Shown here: positions 17,347 to 26,293 of the stretch, one piece after another
How positions within the stretch are numbered: position 1 is the first letter of the stretch
Layout of the letters: each line of letters begins with the position of its first letter
Origin: an uncultured Ruminococcus sp.
GTDB lineage: Bacteria; Bacillota; Clostridia; Oscillospirales; Ruminococcaceae
Direction: 5' to 3'
NCBI GenBank assembly: GCA_964454205.1
Contig: CAYVSV010000001.1
Location: 33,924 to 97,923 of the forward strand
Length of the DNA: 64,000 bases
Notes under the pieces: model-generated
What the model was told of the DNA's origin: nothing
Databases searched by the model: none
What the model saw: the letters and a program-made list of their open reading frames with translations, nothing else
Translations under genes and position numbers: made by a program

Positions 17347-17356
17347 AAGGTCAATG

Positions 17357-17550
17357 TTTTCAACAAGTTTTTCTTTTGAATTCAACAGAGTGTTGAAAGG
17401 TTCGGAGAGCTTTAAAAATTCCCGGTTTTTTTAACATTTCAAGGTTGAAAATTTTGACGGGAAAAATCGGACAGATAAACGCTTCGCGGCTTTTCCACAA
17501 ATTCAACCGCCCTTATTATTATGATTATAATAAATATATTATAATATATC
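17357..17550 (+). promoter_or_regulatory. oriC unwinding region (DnaA boxes, DnaA-trios, AT-rich DUE)
   Basis: Boxes at 17357, 17379 and 17391(-); tandem TTTTCCACA-AATTCAACC (17491-17508), then GCCC, then TTA-TTA-TTA-TGA-TTA-TAA-TAA trios and an AT-rich tract, matching the B. subtilis basal unwinding layout. Confidence 0.85.
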
Positions 17551-17659
17551 ATTGATGTTTCGGTCAAAAATTTTGAGTTCTTCGATTTTTCCGGCGAATG
17601 TCATTCGATCGGCGCTTTCAAAGAAAAATATCATTATATTATAGAGAGGAGTTTCTTTT

Positions 17660-18757
17660 ATGAAATTCAGTTGCGGCAAAGACGTTTTCCTTGAGGCTGT
17701 TCTCACTACCTCAAAAGCGGCGTCGCCAAAATCGACCATTCCCGCTTTAGAGGGTATTTTGTTGGAGCTCGAAAACAATTTTCTCACTCTTACGGGCTAT
17801 AATCTTGAGATAGGTATAAGAACGGTGATACCCGTTACGAACGGCGAGAACGGCAGCGTTGTTATAAACGCCAAGACTTTAAGCGACTTTGTTCGCAAAA
17901 TGCCTTCCGGCGATCTTGAAATAGTCGTTGAGAGCAACAATTCGGCTTCTATCAAAAACGGCAGGACAAAGATGTCTATTATGTGCCTGAGCGCCGAGGA
18001 TTATCCCGCCGTGCCGCAGGCGAGCGTCGAAAACGGAATCGTTATGAGACAAAAGCTCCTTAAAAGTATGATAGTTCAGACAAAATACGCGTGCGCGGTC
18101 GTCGATACAAAGCCGGTTCTTACCGGGTGTTTGTTTGAGATAAAGAACAATATATTGAGCGTTGTGGGAATGGACGGTCTGCGTATAGCGGTTCGGCAGG
18201 AGCCCTTGACGTTTGAGGACACCAAGATCATAGTTCCGGCGAAGTCGTTGGAGGAGCTTTCAAGGCTGCTTTCGGACGGTGAAGATGACGTTACCATGAG
18301 TATTGAGAGAAATCAGGTATCGTTCAAGTTCGGAAAGTATACGATGATCTCCCGTATCATAAACGGCGATTTCTTCGATTTCCACAAGCATATACAATCG
18401 GACAGCGCGAACTCCATTGAAATAAGCTGCCCGCAGATGATAGAGACGCTCGAACGCGGTATGCTGGTAATAAGCGAAAAGGTGAAGCTTCCGCTGCGGT
18501 GCGAGTTTTCCGCGGACACTCTGAAGCTGAGCTGCGTTACGGCGCTCGGCTCTTACGAGGATCAGATAAACGTAAAATACAGCGGCGAACCTTTCACGAT
18601 AGGTCTCAACACGAAATTTCTTTTAGAGGCATTTAAAGCAAGCGAGTGCTCTGACGTTCGCTTCGTTCTTACCGGAAAGAGCATCGAGCCCGTGCTTATC
18701 CTCCCGAAAGAGGGACAGGAATTTACTTTCTTGATAATGCCGATGAGGTTGAAATAA
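17660..18757 (+). CDS. dnaN: DNA polymerase III beta clamp
   Basis: STIPALEGILL, YNLEIGI, KPVLTG, DGLRIA and FLIMPMRL motifs; follows dnaA. Confidence 0.97.
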   Translation: MKFSCGKDVFLEAVLTTSKAASPKSTIPALEGILLELENNFLTLTGYNLEIGIRTVIPVTNGENGSVVINAKTLSDFVRKMPSGDLEIVVESNNSASIKNGRTKMSIMCLSAEDYPAVPQASVENGIVMRQKLLKSMIVQTKYACAVVDTKPVLTGCLFEIKNNILSVVGMDGLRIAVRQEPLTFEDTKIIVPAKSLEELSRLLSDGEDDVTMSIERNQVSFKFGKYTMISRIINGDFFDFHKHIQSDSANSIEISCPQMIETLERGMLVISEKVKLPLRCEFSADTLKLSCVTALGSYEDQINVKYSGEPFTIGLNTKFLLEAFKASECSDVRFVLTGKSIEPVLILPKEGQEFTFLIMPMRLK

Positions 18758-18824
18758 AAAAGCATAACGTATAGGCGCGAAACGCGCATATAAATTGTCA
18801 ATTGACGACAAAGGAAGGTATAAA

Positions 18825-19082
18825 ATGGAAGAACTAAAGATCATCACACCCGCCATTAAGCTGGATCAACTGGTAAAATTCGCGGGATTTTCCGAAACGG
18901 GAGCCAAGGCAAAAATTCTTATCGATCTCGGGGAGTTCAACGTAAACGGCGAGCTCTGTACCAAGCGCGGAAAGAAAATAAAGCCCGGCGATGTTATCGA
19001 ATACAAGAATAAGAAATATAAAGTCGTATTCGACGAGGAGGCTGCGGCTGCCGCTGAATCCGCTGAAAACGGCGGGAAATAA
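18825..19082 (+). CDS. yaaA: S4-domain protein YaaA
   Basis: IKLDQLVKFAG..ETGAKAK...VNGELCTKRGKKIKPGD; sits between dnaN and recF. Confidence 0.93.
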   Translation: MEELKIITPAIKLDQLVKFAGFSETGAKAKILIDLGEFNVNGELCTKRGKKIKPGDVIEYKNKKYKVVFDEEAAAAAESAENGGK

Positions 19083-20207
19083 ATGCACATCACTCGTATT
19101 TATATACGGAATTTCAGAAATATCCGCGAGACGGAGCTGGAGTTTGACAAAGCGCTGAATATTTTCGTAGGAAGAAACGCTCAAGGCAAGACCAATATTT
19201 GCGAGGCTGTTTCGGTTTGCCTGGGTGGGAGCTTTCGGGGCGCGCGATTCTCTCAGTTTGTTCCGGTGGATGACGATAAGGCGGAGGTAAAGATCAAGCT
19301 GTATTTTCACGACGATGTTTCGAATCGTGAAAACGTGATTGATTATACTGTCCGTAAAAACACGGCTCTTATAAACTATAACGGAATAAAAATGAAAGAC
19401 GCAGCAGAGCTTTACGGCGTGCTGAAGTATGTCGTTTTTATTCCGGAACATCTTGATATTATCAAGGGAGCGCCGGAGCTGCGGCGGGATTATCTGGACG
19501 ATGTTGCCCTTATGCAGACTCAGACGCATTACAAAAAGCTCTCAAGATATAATAAAGGTTTAAAACAGCGCAATAATATACTTTCGGCTAATAACGGAGA
19601 TGTCAAAACGGTGTCGGAAATGCTCGCGCCGTGGAACGATGTTTTAACTGCCGAGGGAATAAACGTCACTTACGGAAGGCTGAAATACTTCACGTTTCTT
19701 AAAAAATGCGCCGCGGAATTGTATTCCGAACTGACGGGCGGCGCGGAAAAGCTTTCGATGAAATATCATAGCTCCGCGTTTAAAACAGAGAGTATAGATT
19801 TTGGTAATGTTGACAAATTGTATTGGCATTATTTAACGGAGCTGGAGAAAAATCTCGCAGCGGAAATGAAGCTGCACTATACTCTTACGGGAGTTCACCG
19901 CGACGACGTGAGCTTTTTCATCAACGGAATGGCGGCGCGGGAGTTTGCGTCTCAAGGGCAGATACGCAGCATAGCGCTGGCGCTTAAGCTCTCCGAGGCG
20001 GAAATTATCAGGCGCAGGAACAAGACAGACCCCGTCGTTATTCTGGACGATATTTTAAGCGAGCTGGACGCTGTTCGGCGGGAGTATGTTACTAATCATA
20101 TTGAAAAATCACAGGTGTTTATTACTTGCTGTAATATAAATGAACTGTCCGCTCTTGGGAACGGGCGGGCTTGGCATACGGAAAATGGGGAATTCACCCC
20201 CATTTAG
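19083..20207 (+). CDS. recF: DNA replication/repair protein RecF
   Basis: NFRN, GRNAQGKTN, PELRRDYLD, GVHRDD, SQGQIRS and LDDILSELD motifs. Confidence 0.97.
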   Translation: MHITRIYIRNFRNIRETELEFDKALNIFVGRNAQGKTNICEAVSVCLGGSFRGARFSQFVPVDDDKAEVKIKLYFHDDVSNRENVIDYTVRKNTALINYNGIKMKDAAELYGVLKYVVFIPEHLDIIKGAPELRRDYLDDVALMQTQTHYKKLSRYNKGLKQRNNILSANNGDVKTVSEMLAPWNDVLTAEGINVTYGRLKYFTFLKKCAAELYSELTGGAEKLSMKYHSSAFKTESIDFGNVDKLYWHYLTELEKNLAAEMKLHYTLTGVHRDDVSFFINGMAAREFASQGQIRSIALALKLSEAEIIRRRNKTDPVVILDDILSELDAVRREYVTNHIEKSQVFITCCNINELSALGNGRAWHTENGEFTPI

Positions 20208-20215
20208 GAGGATAT

Positions 20216-20449
20216 ATGTATTTGTTTCTGGGCGGGGACATTACTGTCCGCGCTGATGATGTTATCGGCATTTTCGACATTGAGGAATGTTCTGTGAGCC
20301 GAATTACCGCGGATTTTCTAAACTCCTCACAAAAAAAGCAGCAAGTAGTCAATGTTTCGCAGGATATCCCGAAGAGTTTTATTGTTTGCTCCGAAAAGGT
20401 CTATATTTCCAACGTTTCACATAACACCATTCGGAAAAGAGGAATATAA
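20216..20449 (+). CDS. remB: RemB/DUF370 family protein
   Basis: MYLFLGGD...VIGIFD...PKSFIV...VYISNVS..TIRKR; conserved position after recF. Confidence 0.88.
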   Translation: MYLFLGGDITVRADDVIGIFDIEECSVSRITADFLNSSQKKQQVVNVSQDIPKSFIVCSEKVYISNVSHNTIRKRGI

Positions 20450-20454
20450 GAAGT

Positions 20455-20640
20455 TCGCCGCGTTGCGGCGATTTTTTTATAAAAACCCTTGTGATTCCCC
20501 GCCGGAGGCGAAGGAAAACACAAAAAATAAGGTTAATGCCGCATTTCGGCGATTTTTTTATAAAAACCCTTGTGATTCCCCCGCCGGAGGCGGGGAAATC
20601 AGAAAAAATAAGATCAACGCCGCATAGCGGCTATTTTTTT
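20455..20640 (+). repeat. 81-bp-period tandem mosaic repeat (2.3 units) containing two REP-like palindromes
   Basis: CGGCGATTTTTTTATAAAAACCCTTGTGATTCCCC at 20466 and 20547; partial third unit at 20628. Confidence 0.9.
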
Positions 20641-20660
20641 GCCTTTTTTTCAAAAAGTCC

Positions 20661-20719
20661 TTGACATTCAAAAAACGATGTGCTATAATACAACTGTACT
20701 AATTAAGATAATACAGTTG
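20661..20719 (+). promoter_or_regulatory. SigA promoter plus YtrA-type GntR operator
   Basis: TTGACA-17-TATAAT (20661-20689), then CAACTGTA-13 bp-TACAGTTG (20691-20719), matching the TGTA-N13-TACA YtrA-family layout. Confidence 0.85.
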
Positions 20720-20737
20720 ATATAAAGGAGACGAAAT

Positions 20738-21133
20738 ATGTTTTCAATGAGACTTCAAGGCGGTTTGCCTATATATGAGCAGCTGGAGCAAAGGATAACC
20801 GAGCTTATTCTGAAAGGGGAAATGTCGGAGGATGAAAAGCTTCCTACTGTGAGGGAGATAGCAAAGGAGCTTTCGATAAATCCGAATACTGTTCAGAAAA
20901 CATACTCCAATCTTGAAAAGCGCGGGCTTATCTATTCGATACCCGCAAAGGGGAGCTATGTTTCCGCGCGCGAAAAATATTACGATAAAGTGAGAGAGAA
21001 GAGCATGAACGATTTTTCGGATGCTGTGGAAGCAGCTTTAAAGCAAGGACTTTCAACAAGCGAGCTTCACGACATTATAAATTCTGTTTCCAAGAAGGAG
21101 GGCGAATGGAATGAATTCGACAAAGCCGAGTAA
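20738..21133 (+). CDS. GntR family regulator (YtrA subfamily)
   Basis: PIYEQL, KLPTVREIAKELSINPNTVQKTY, KGSYV; short C-terminal domain; precedes ABC genes. Confidence 0.93.
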   Translation: MFSMRLQGGLPIYEQLEQRITELILKGEMSEDEKLPTVREIAKELSINPNTVQKTYSNLEKRGLIYSIPAKGSYVSAREKYYDKVREKSMNDFSDAVEAALKQGLSTSELHDIINSVSKKEGEWNEFDKAE

Positions 21134-23213
21134 AAATTATTTTCTGCCGTACTTAAAATACAAGATGAGAGAAAACCGCGTGTCGGCGATCATTTTTTTT
21201 ATCCTAAATTTTTTGGCTTTGATAGTGCCGCATATTATAATGTATGTAACTATTTCTTCAGCAGAAGAGAGGGAAAATGCATACAACTCGGTTATTATAA
21301 TAGATGATCCGCCATCAATTATAATAAATTTATTCTTGTTTTTTTCGGCTATCGTAACAATAATGTTTTTGATCGTGTCCGCAAGATCGTTCAAGTATTA
21401 TCACAACCGCGCGATGATGGACACTCTCGGCTGCTTGCCGCTGTCGTATAAGGACAGATTTTGGGGAGATTATTTCGGCGGTCTTATATCGAATATGATC
21501 TCCTTTGTGCCGTTTGCTGTCATTTCGATCATTTTGACGTTGAAAATGGCTAAGGATATTGAAGTATATGACTTTATGAGTTATTTTCCGTATAATTTTC
21601 GGAAGATGATAATTTCGACGTTTATAATGTACGCTGCCGTTCACGCGATTACGGCGTTTATAACTTCGTGCTGCGGACGTCTGGGAACTTCGATATTTTT
21701 TTCGGTGGTGACGATGGTCATTATTCCCGGAATTTATGTGGCTTACGGAATGGTGGGGTTTCAAAACTTGCTCGGCATTGAACCTTTGGAGATACTGGCG
21801 GATCATGTGGGAATGTTTACGCCCTTCGGCGAGATATTCTCTCAGGTTCTGAAAGATTCATACGGCAGTTTTAACATTTACAGCGGATGGATAAAATCGA
21901 CTTTTGCGATAGATTCCGTGTTTAATGTTATCGTAATGATACTTACTATAGCGGCGTTTATCGCGGGAGCGTACTTTATCGGGAAGCGCAGAAAAGCCGA
22001 ACGCGTGGAGCAGGGTTTTGTGTTCAATATGCCGTTATATGTTATCTCGATAGTTATTTCGGCAATGGTTATCGGTTTTGCGCTGTATTATTTCCCGAAA
22101 GGATATAAGATCGATGCGATAAGCGTTTTGAAAGCGGCGGGGCTGTCGTTTGCATTGTTTATGGGGCTGGAGCTCTCACAAAAAAAGAATTTCAAAGGTA
22201 TCTGGAAATCGCTGATAAGATACGTTTTGGTTTTCGGTGTATCGTTTGGGTCTTTGATTCTTATGCGTGCCACGAAAGGTTTCGGCGAGGAGAGCAGGAT
22301 ACCCATAGCAAGCAGCGTTTCTGAGATAAAGATCGAAGGCGAATATTTCTATTGGAGTTCTGATGGCAGAGAAATAATATATAAAGATAGCAGCTCCATT
22401 TCCGCGATAATTGAAGGTCACAAAAATCTCTTGGAACATTCAAGCGAGCTTTCCACCGGAGATATGCTGGAGATCACTTATCGTATGAAGAGTGGAAACG
22501 AGACAATCCGTCGCTATTCGTGCAGCAAGGAAAACGAAATTATAAGGGGTTTCAGCAATGACATAAAAAATCTCGACGAAGAAGCGATACCCATGATATT
22601 TTTGGATGATCCAGTTTATGATGACGCTCTTAGAATAACGGTACATAAACGCATTAAAGGCGATTATGGATACAATGAAGAAAATCATTTTATTCGTCCG
22701 GACAAATTTGAAGAATTTGTCGGGATTTTGAAAAACGATATTAAATACAACTACGAAGAGAACTACACATTATCATCAGTGTCGGCATATTACTATGGTC
22801 GGATAATACTTCATAATGAAGAAACTTCTTTATGGTATGAATACCGTATATATACACCGTATGAAGATACGGTCGCATTCCTTGAAAACTCCGAAAACCT
22901 TTTGAGCTCCGAAACCGAATACTTCAAGGGTAATGAGAAATACAGTATTTTTTACCAATATTATCCCGATAATTCGCCTTACGGATATACCGTTGACGTT
23001 AATATCAAAGCTTCCGATGAAAGCGCGGCGGTTCAGAAGCTCATCGGGTTTATTGTACCGAAAGACGCCGAGGAAGCGGCTGCCGGAGCTTATTCCAAAT
23101 ATTTTACAATCTACGACCAAACGTCGTATGTAAATTACGCCATAAAAGCAGAGGACGAAAAAGCGGCGCGCGATGCGATTATCGAGGTATTCCGCAGGAA
23201 AGTCTTGCGGTGA
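21111..23213 (+). CDS. ABC-2-type permease A with C-terminal extracytoplasmic domain
   Basis: About 12 TM segments; FKYYHNR..DTLGCLPL and KRRKAE motifs; paralog of 24100-26100. Confidence 0.8.
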   Translation: MNSTKPSKNYFLPYLKYKMRENRVSAIIFFILNFLALIVPHIIMYVTISSAEERENAYNSVIIIDDPPSIIINLFLFFSAIVTIMFLIVSARSFKYYHNRAMMDTLGCLPLSYKDRFWGDYFGGLISNMISFVPFAVISIILTLKMAKDIEVYDFMSYFPYNFRKMIISTFIMYAAVHAITAFITSCCGRLGTSIFFSVVTMVIIPGIYVAYGMVGFQNLLGIEPLEILADHVGMFTPFGEIFSQVLKDSYGSFNIYSGWIKSTFAIDSVFNVIVMILTIAAFIAGAYFIGKRRKAERVEQGFVFNMPLYVISIVISAMVIGFALYYFPKGYKIDAISVLKAAGLSFALFMGLELSQKKNFKGIWKSLIRYVLVFGVSFGSLILMRATKGFGEESRIPIASSVSEIKIEGEYFYWSSDGREIIYKDSSSISAIIEGHKNLLEHSSELSTGDMLEITYRMKSGNETIRRYSCSKENEIIRGFSNDIKNLDEEAIPMIFLDDPVYDDALRITVHKRIKGDYGYNEENHFIRPDKFEEFVGILKNDIKYNYEENYTLSSVSAYYYGRIILHNEETSLWYEYRIYTPYEDTVAFLENSENLLSSETEYFKGNEKYSIFYQYYPDNSPYGYTVDVNIKASDESAAVQKLIGFIVPKDAEEAAAGAYSKYFTIYDQTSYVNYAIKAEDEKAARDAIIEVFRRKVLR

Positions 23214-23225
23214 AAGGAGTTTGTT

Positions 23226-24122
23226 ATGATAAAGTTTGAAAACGTTACTAAAAGGTACGATGATTTTACGGCGCTGGAAAATTTCGACCTTGAGATACCG
23301 AAGGGAAGCGCATACGGTCTGCTCGGAACTAACGGCGCAGGAAAATCCACGCTTTTGCGGATACTCGCGGGAGTGTATAGGGTCGATTCGGGGAAGGTGA
23401 TGATAGAAGGCAAAGAGGTTTACGACAACGCCGAAGTAAAGCAGCACATTCTGCTGATAAGCGACGAGACATCTCAATTCAACGGAATGACGCTTTCTCA
23501 GATGAAATCGTTTTATAAAACCTTCTATCGTAATTTCTCCGATGAGACCTTTACAAAACTGTTAAATATCGTAAATCTTCCGGTGAACAAAAAGCTCGGC
23601 GGCTTCTCGAAAGGTATGAAGCGGCAGGCGGCGGTCATCTGCGGGATAGCGGCGAAAACCGATTATCTGTTCCTCGACGAGGCGTTTGACGGGCTCGACC
23701 CCTCCATGCGATTTGAGGTAAAGAAAATGATAATCGACGCGATGTGCGATAACGGTATGACGGTCGTATCAAGCTCCCACAACCTCCAGGAGATAGAGGA
23801 ATTCTGCGATATGGTAGGGCTTTTACATAACGGGAAAATGGTGTTCAACAGAGATTTGAGCGATCTTAAGGGAAATATCCACAAGGTTCAGTGTAAGTTT
23901 GATAAGGAGTTTACAAAGGAGGATTTCCCGGAGATAGATATTCTGCTTATCAAAAACCAAAACGGCGTTTTGAATATCATAGCGAAGGGCGACGCGGACG
24001 ACACTCTTAAAAAGCTCAATTGGAGAACGCCGCATTTTTGCGACCTTATTCCGCTCACGCTGGAGGAAATATTCATATACGAAATGGAGGCGTTGAATTA
24101 TGACAGAACAAAGCTCCTTTAA
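23226..24122 (+). CDS. ABC transporter ATP-binding protein (YtrB-like)
   Basis: GTNGAGKST, FSKGMKRQ, LDEAFDGLD, SSH and TLEEIF motifs. Confidence 0.95.
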   Translation: MIKFENVTKRYDDFTALENFDLEIPKGSAYGLLGTNGAGKSTLLRILAGVYRVDSGKVMIEGKEVYDNAEVKQHILLISDETSQFNGMTLSQMKSFYKTFYRNFSDETFTKLLNIVNLPVNKKLGGFSKGMKRQAAVICGIAAKTDYLFLDEAFDGLDPSMRFEVKKMIIDAMCDNGMTVVSSSHNLQEIEEFCDMVGLLHNGKMVFNRDLSDLKGNIHKVQCKFDKEFTKEDFPEIDILLIKNQNGVLNIIAKGDADDTLKKLNWRTPHFCDLIPLTLEEIFIYEMEALNYDRTKLL

Positions 24123-26100
24123 GAGCTTTTTCGGGCGTTATCTGCTGTATAAGATAGATCAGCAGAAGGCGAATTTGGTTTTGTGTTGTATTCTGAATAT
24201 TCTAACGCTTCCGCTGCTGGCTCTGGCTATGAGGAAAGGCGTTTTCAGCATATACGCCGATCTGTATAATGTTGGACGGATAGGTGCGGCTATCTGCGCT
24301 GTATTTATCGTTTTTATGGCAATCGCGGGGGCAGTGATGTCGTTTGAGTTCTACAATAAGAAGAACCTCACCGACACGCTGGGCGTTTTGCCGATAACGT
24401 ACAAGCAGCGCTTTTTCGGAGATCTTGTTTCGGGATACATCGCGAACGTCGCGCCGGTGATACCGTGCGGAGTCGTTTCACTCTTCATCTTTTCGGCGGC
24501 GCAGAGGGATTTTGCGGATATGCTCGCGAAAAACGAGATAACGACCAATTATAACATGATGGAATTTGGTGTGCACGAATTTGTTACGTTTTTCTTTATC
24601 GTTTCGATAACATATTTTGTCGCCGTGTTCGTCACCTCCGCCTGCGGGAAGATACGCCACTCGTTCATTTTTTCGATCTTCGCGTTAGCGGGGCTGCCGC
24701 TGATGATAAGCGGGTTTGTCGGATTTATCGCAAGCAGCATACTCAGCGTTGATTTTGTGAAGTATATGTTGAATACTATGCTGCTTTTCCCGCCTATAGC
24801 GCCGTTGATCGATTTAATAAAATCCGCGAACTTACTTGATAAAATAGATAATGCAGATACATTAACCGAGAAAGTGTACGTCTCGTCAAAGCCCGTTTAT
24901 ATTATCGTGTGGATAGCTTTGGCGGTCATATTTGTCGTGCTCGCGTATTTTATCGGAAAACGCCGCAAGCCCGAGAACGTCGGGAACGCGTTTGTTATTC
25001 GTCCGATATTCAATATTATCTGCGCGCTGGCTTCGGGAGGTTTTACCGCGGCTTATCTGGGGTATAGTTACCGTAATATGTGGTTTACTAATGTTATTGC
25101 GGTGATCGGCGGAGGTGTGGTATGCGTTGTACTGCTGCTTTTGTATCTCCCGAAGATTAAGCATCTGCCGTTTGGAGCGATCTCCGGGATAGGGGCTGTT
25201 CTGGCAGTATTCGGGTTGTGTGTGCTGTTTGATAAAACGGGATGTTTCGGAGCACGGTATCTGCCCGAAAATGCCGAGAAGATAGAATATGTTATATCCA
25301 ACGATTTTCTTAAGATAACCGATAAGGCGGATATTGAAAAGTATATGAGTATGCAAAATGAGGTTCTTAAGAAAAAAGGCAACGATATGATGTTTAATGC
25401 CGAAACCAGCACAAAATATTCTATAGAATATGAGCTGACAAACGGAAAAACGGTAAATCGCGTGTTCTACGACAATTATATAAATGTTGGTATTGGTAAC
25501 TTTTCAAAATACCCGACAGATCTGATGTCAGAAAACGAAATGAAGCTCGACGGTTACGCCAAATACTTTTTTGAAACTGTGAGCGAAAAGGATTATCGGT
25601 TTTCTTCGATATCCGTTGATAACGGCAGGATAGATATACCCGGTGAAAAAGCCAATGAGTTTGTAGAGATATTGCGCAGTGAGTCCGAAAAGATGTACGA
25701 TCCCGAAGCAGGTGTCTACGGATACGCGGTTTTTTCAAAAAATGTCAATTTTCCCGTTCAGATGAATTTCAGTCAGTCTATAGGATACATTGAAGGTTTT
25801 AGCGATAATTATGTCGATGTTAGCGGAGGTGAAAGATATCTAGTTATAAGTTACCGATTCGATAAAGACGCCTACATATCCGTGAGGATAATGAATATGG
25901 AAAAAGATTCCGAACTTGTAAAAGAACTTGAATCGCTTTTGAATGTGTACGAAGAGGGCGGGGAATTTAGCGAAGATGATTATGACGATGAATTCAACGT
26001 ATACAAAAGCGGAATTTATATTAGCAGTCAATGCGTTCTCAAAGAAAATTCAAGCAGGGTCCTCGAGATCATGATGAAGATGATCGAAAAAGCGGAATGA
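24100..26100 (+). CDS. ABC-2-type permease B
   Basis: Multi-TM; FEFYNKK..DTLGVLPI and AYFIGKRRKPE shared with permease A. Confidence 0.8.
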   Translation: MTEQSSFKSFFGRYLLYKIDQQKANLVLCCILNILTLPLLALAMRKGVFSIYADLYNVGRIGAAICAVFIVFMAIAGAVMSFEFYNKKNLTDTLGVLPITYKQRFFGDLVSGYIANVAPVIPCGVVSLFIFSAAQRDFADMLAKNEITTNYNMMEFGVHEFVTFFFIVSITYFVAVFVTSACGKIRHSFIFSIFALAGLPLMISGFVGFIASSILSVDFVKYMLNTMLLFPPIAPLIDLIKSANLLDKIDNADTLTEKVYVSSKPVYIIVWIALAVIFVVLAYFIGKRRKPENVGNAFVIRPIFNIICALASGGFTAAYLGYSYRNMWFTNVIAVIGGGVVCVVLLLLYLPKIKHLPFGAISGIGAVLAVFGLCVLFDKTGCFGARYLPENAEKIEYVISNDFLKITDKADIEKYMSMQNEVLKKKGNDMMFNAETSTKYSIEYELTNGKTVNRVFYDNYINVGIGNFSKYPTDLMSENEMKLDGYAKYFFETVSEKDYRFSSISVDNGRIDIPGEKANEFVEILRSESEKMYDPEAGVYGYAVFSKNVNFPVQMNFSQSIGYIEGFSDNYVDVSGGERYLVISYRFDKDAYISVRIMNMEKDSELVKELESLLNVYEEGGEFSEDDYDDEFNVYKSGIYISSQCVLKENSSRVLEIMMKMIEKAE

Positions 26101-26104
26101 AATC

Positions 26105-26140
26105 AATGAGCCGACGGCGAAAGCTGTCGGTTCTTTTTTT
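26105..26140 (+). terminator. Intrinsic terminator of the GntR-ABC operon
   Basis: GAGCCGACGGC-GAAA-GCTGTCGGTTC followed by T7. Confidence 0.85.
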
Positions 26141-26172
26141 GGTTGGAGATCGCAAGAAATCCGAAAAAACCC

Positions 26173-26201
26173 TTGATTTTTTCCTTGTTTTGTGGTATAC
26201 T
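26173..26201 (+). promoter_or_regulatory. SigA promoter of gyrB
   Basis: TTGATT-17 bp-TATACT with TG extension. Confidence 0.7.
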
Positions 26202-26293
26202 ATATATAATATATAGTAAATCAGTAATTATCCTTCTCCCCGGAGAAGCCGGAGAGAAGGATAAATGTATTTATTTAGTAATAAGGAGAATTT

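Noticed and set aside
20455-20640. Possible mini CRISPR array (about 45-bp repeats with 35-36-bp gaps)
   Set aside because: The gaps resemble each other (AAAAAATAAG...GCCGCAT), there are only 2.3 units, and no cas gene is in the window. It is a tandem duplication.
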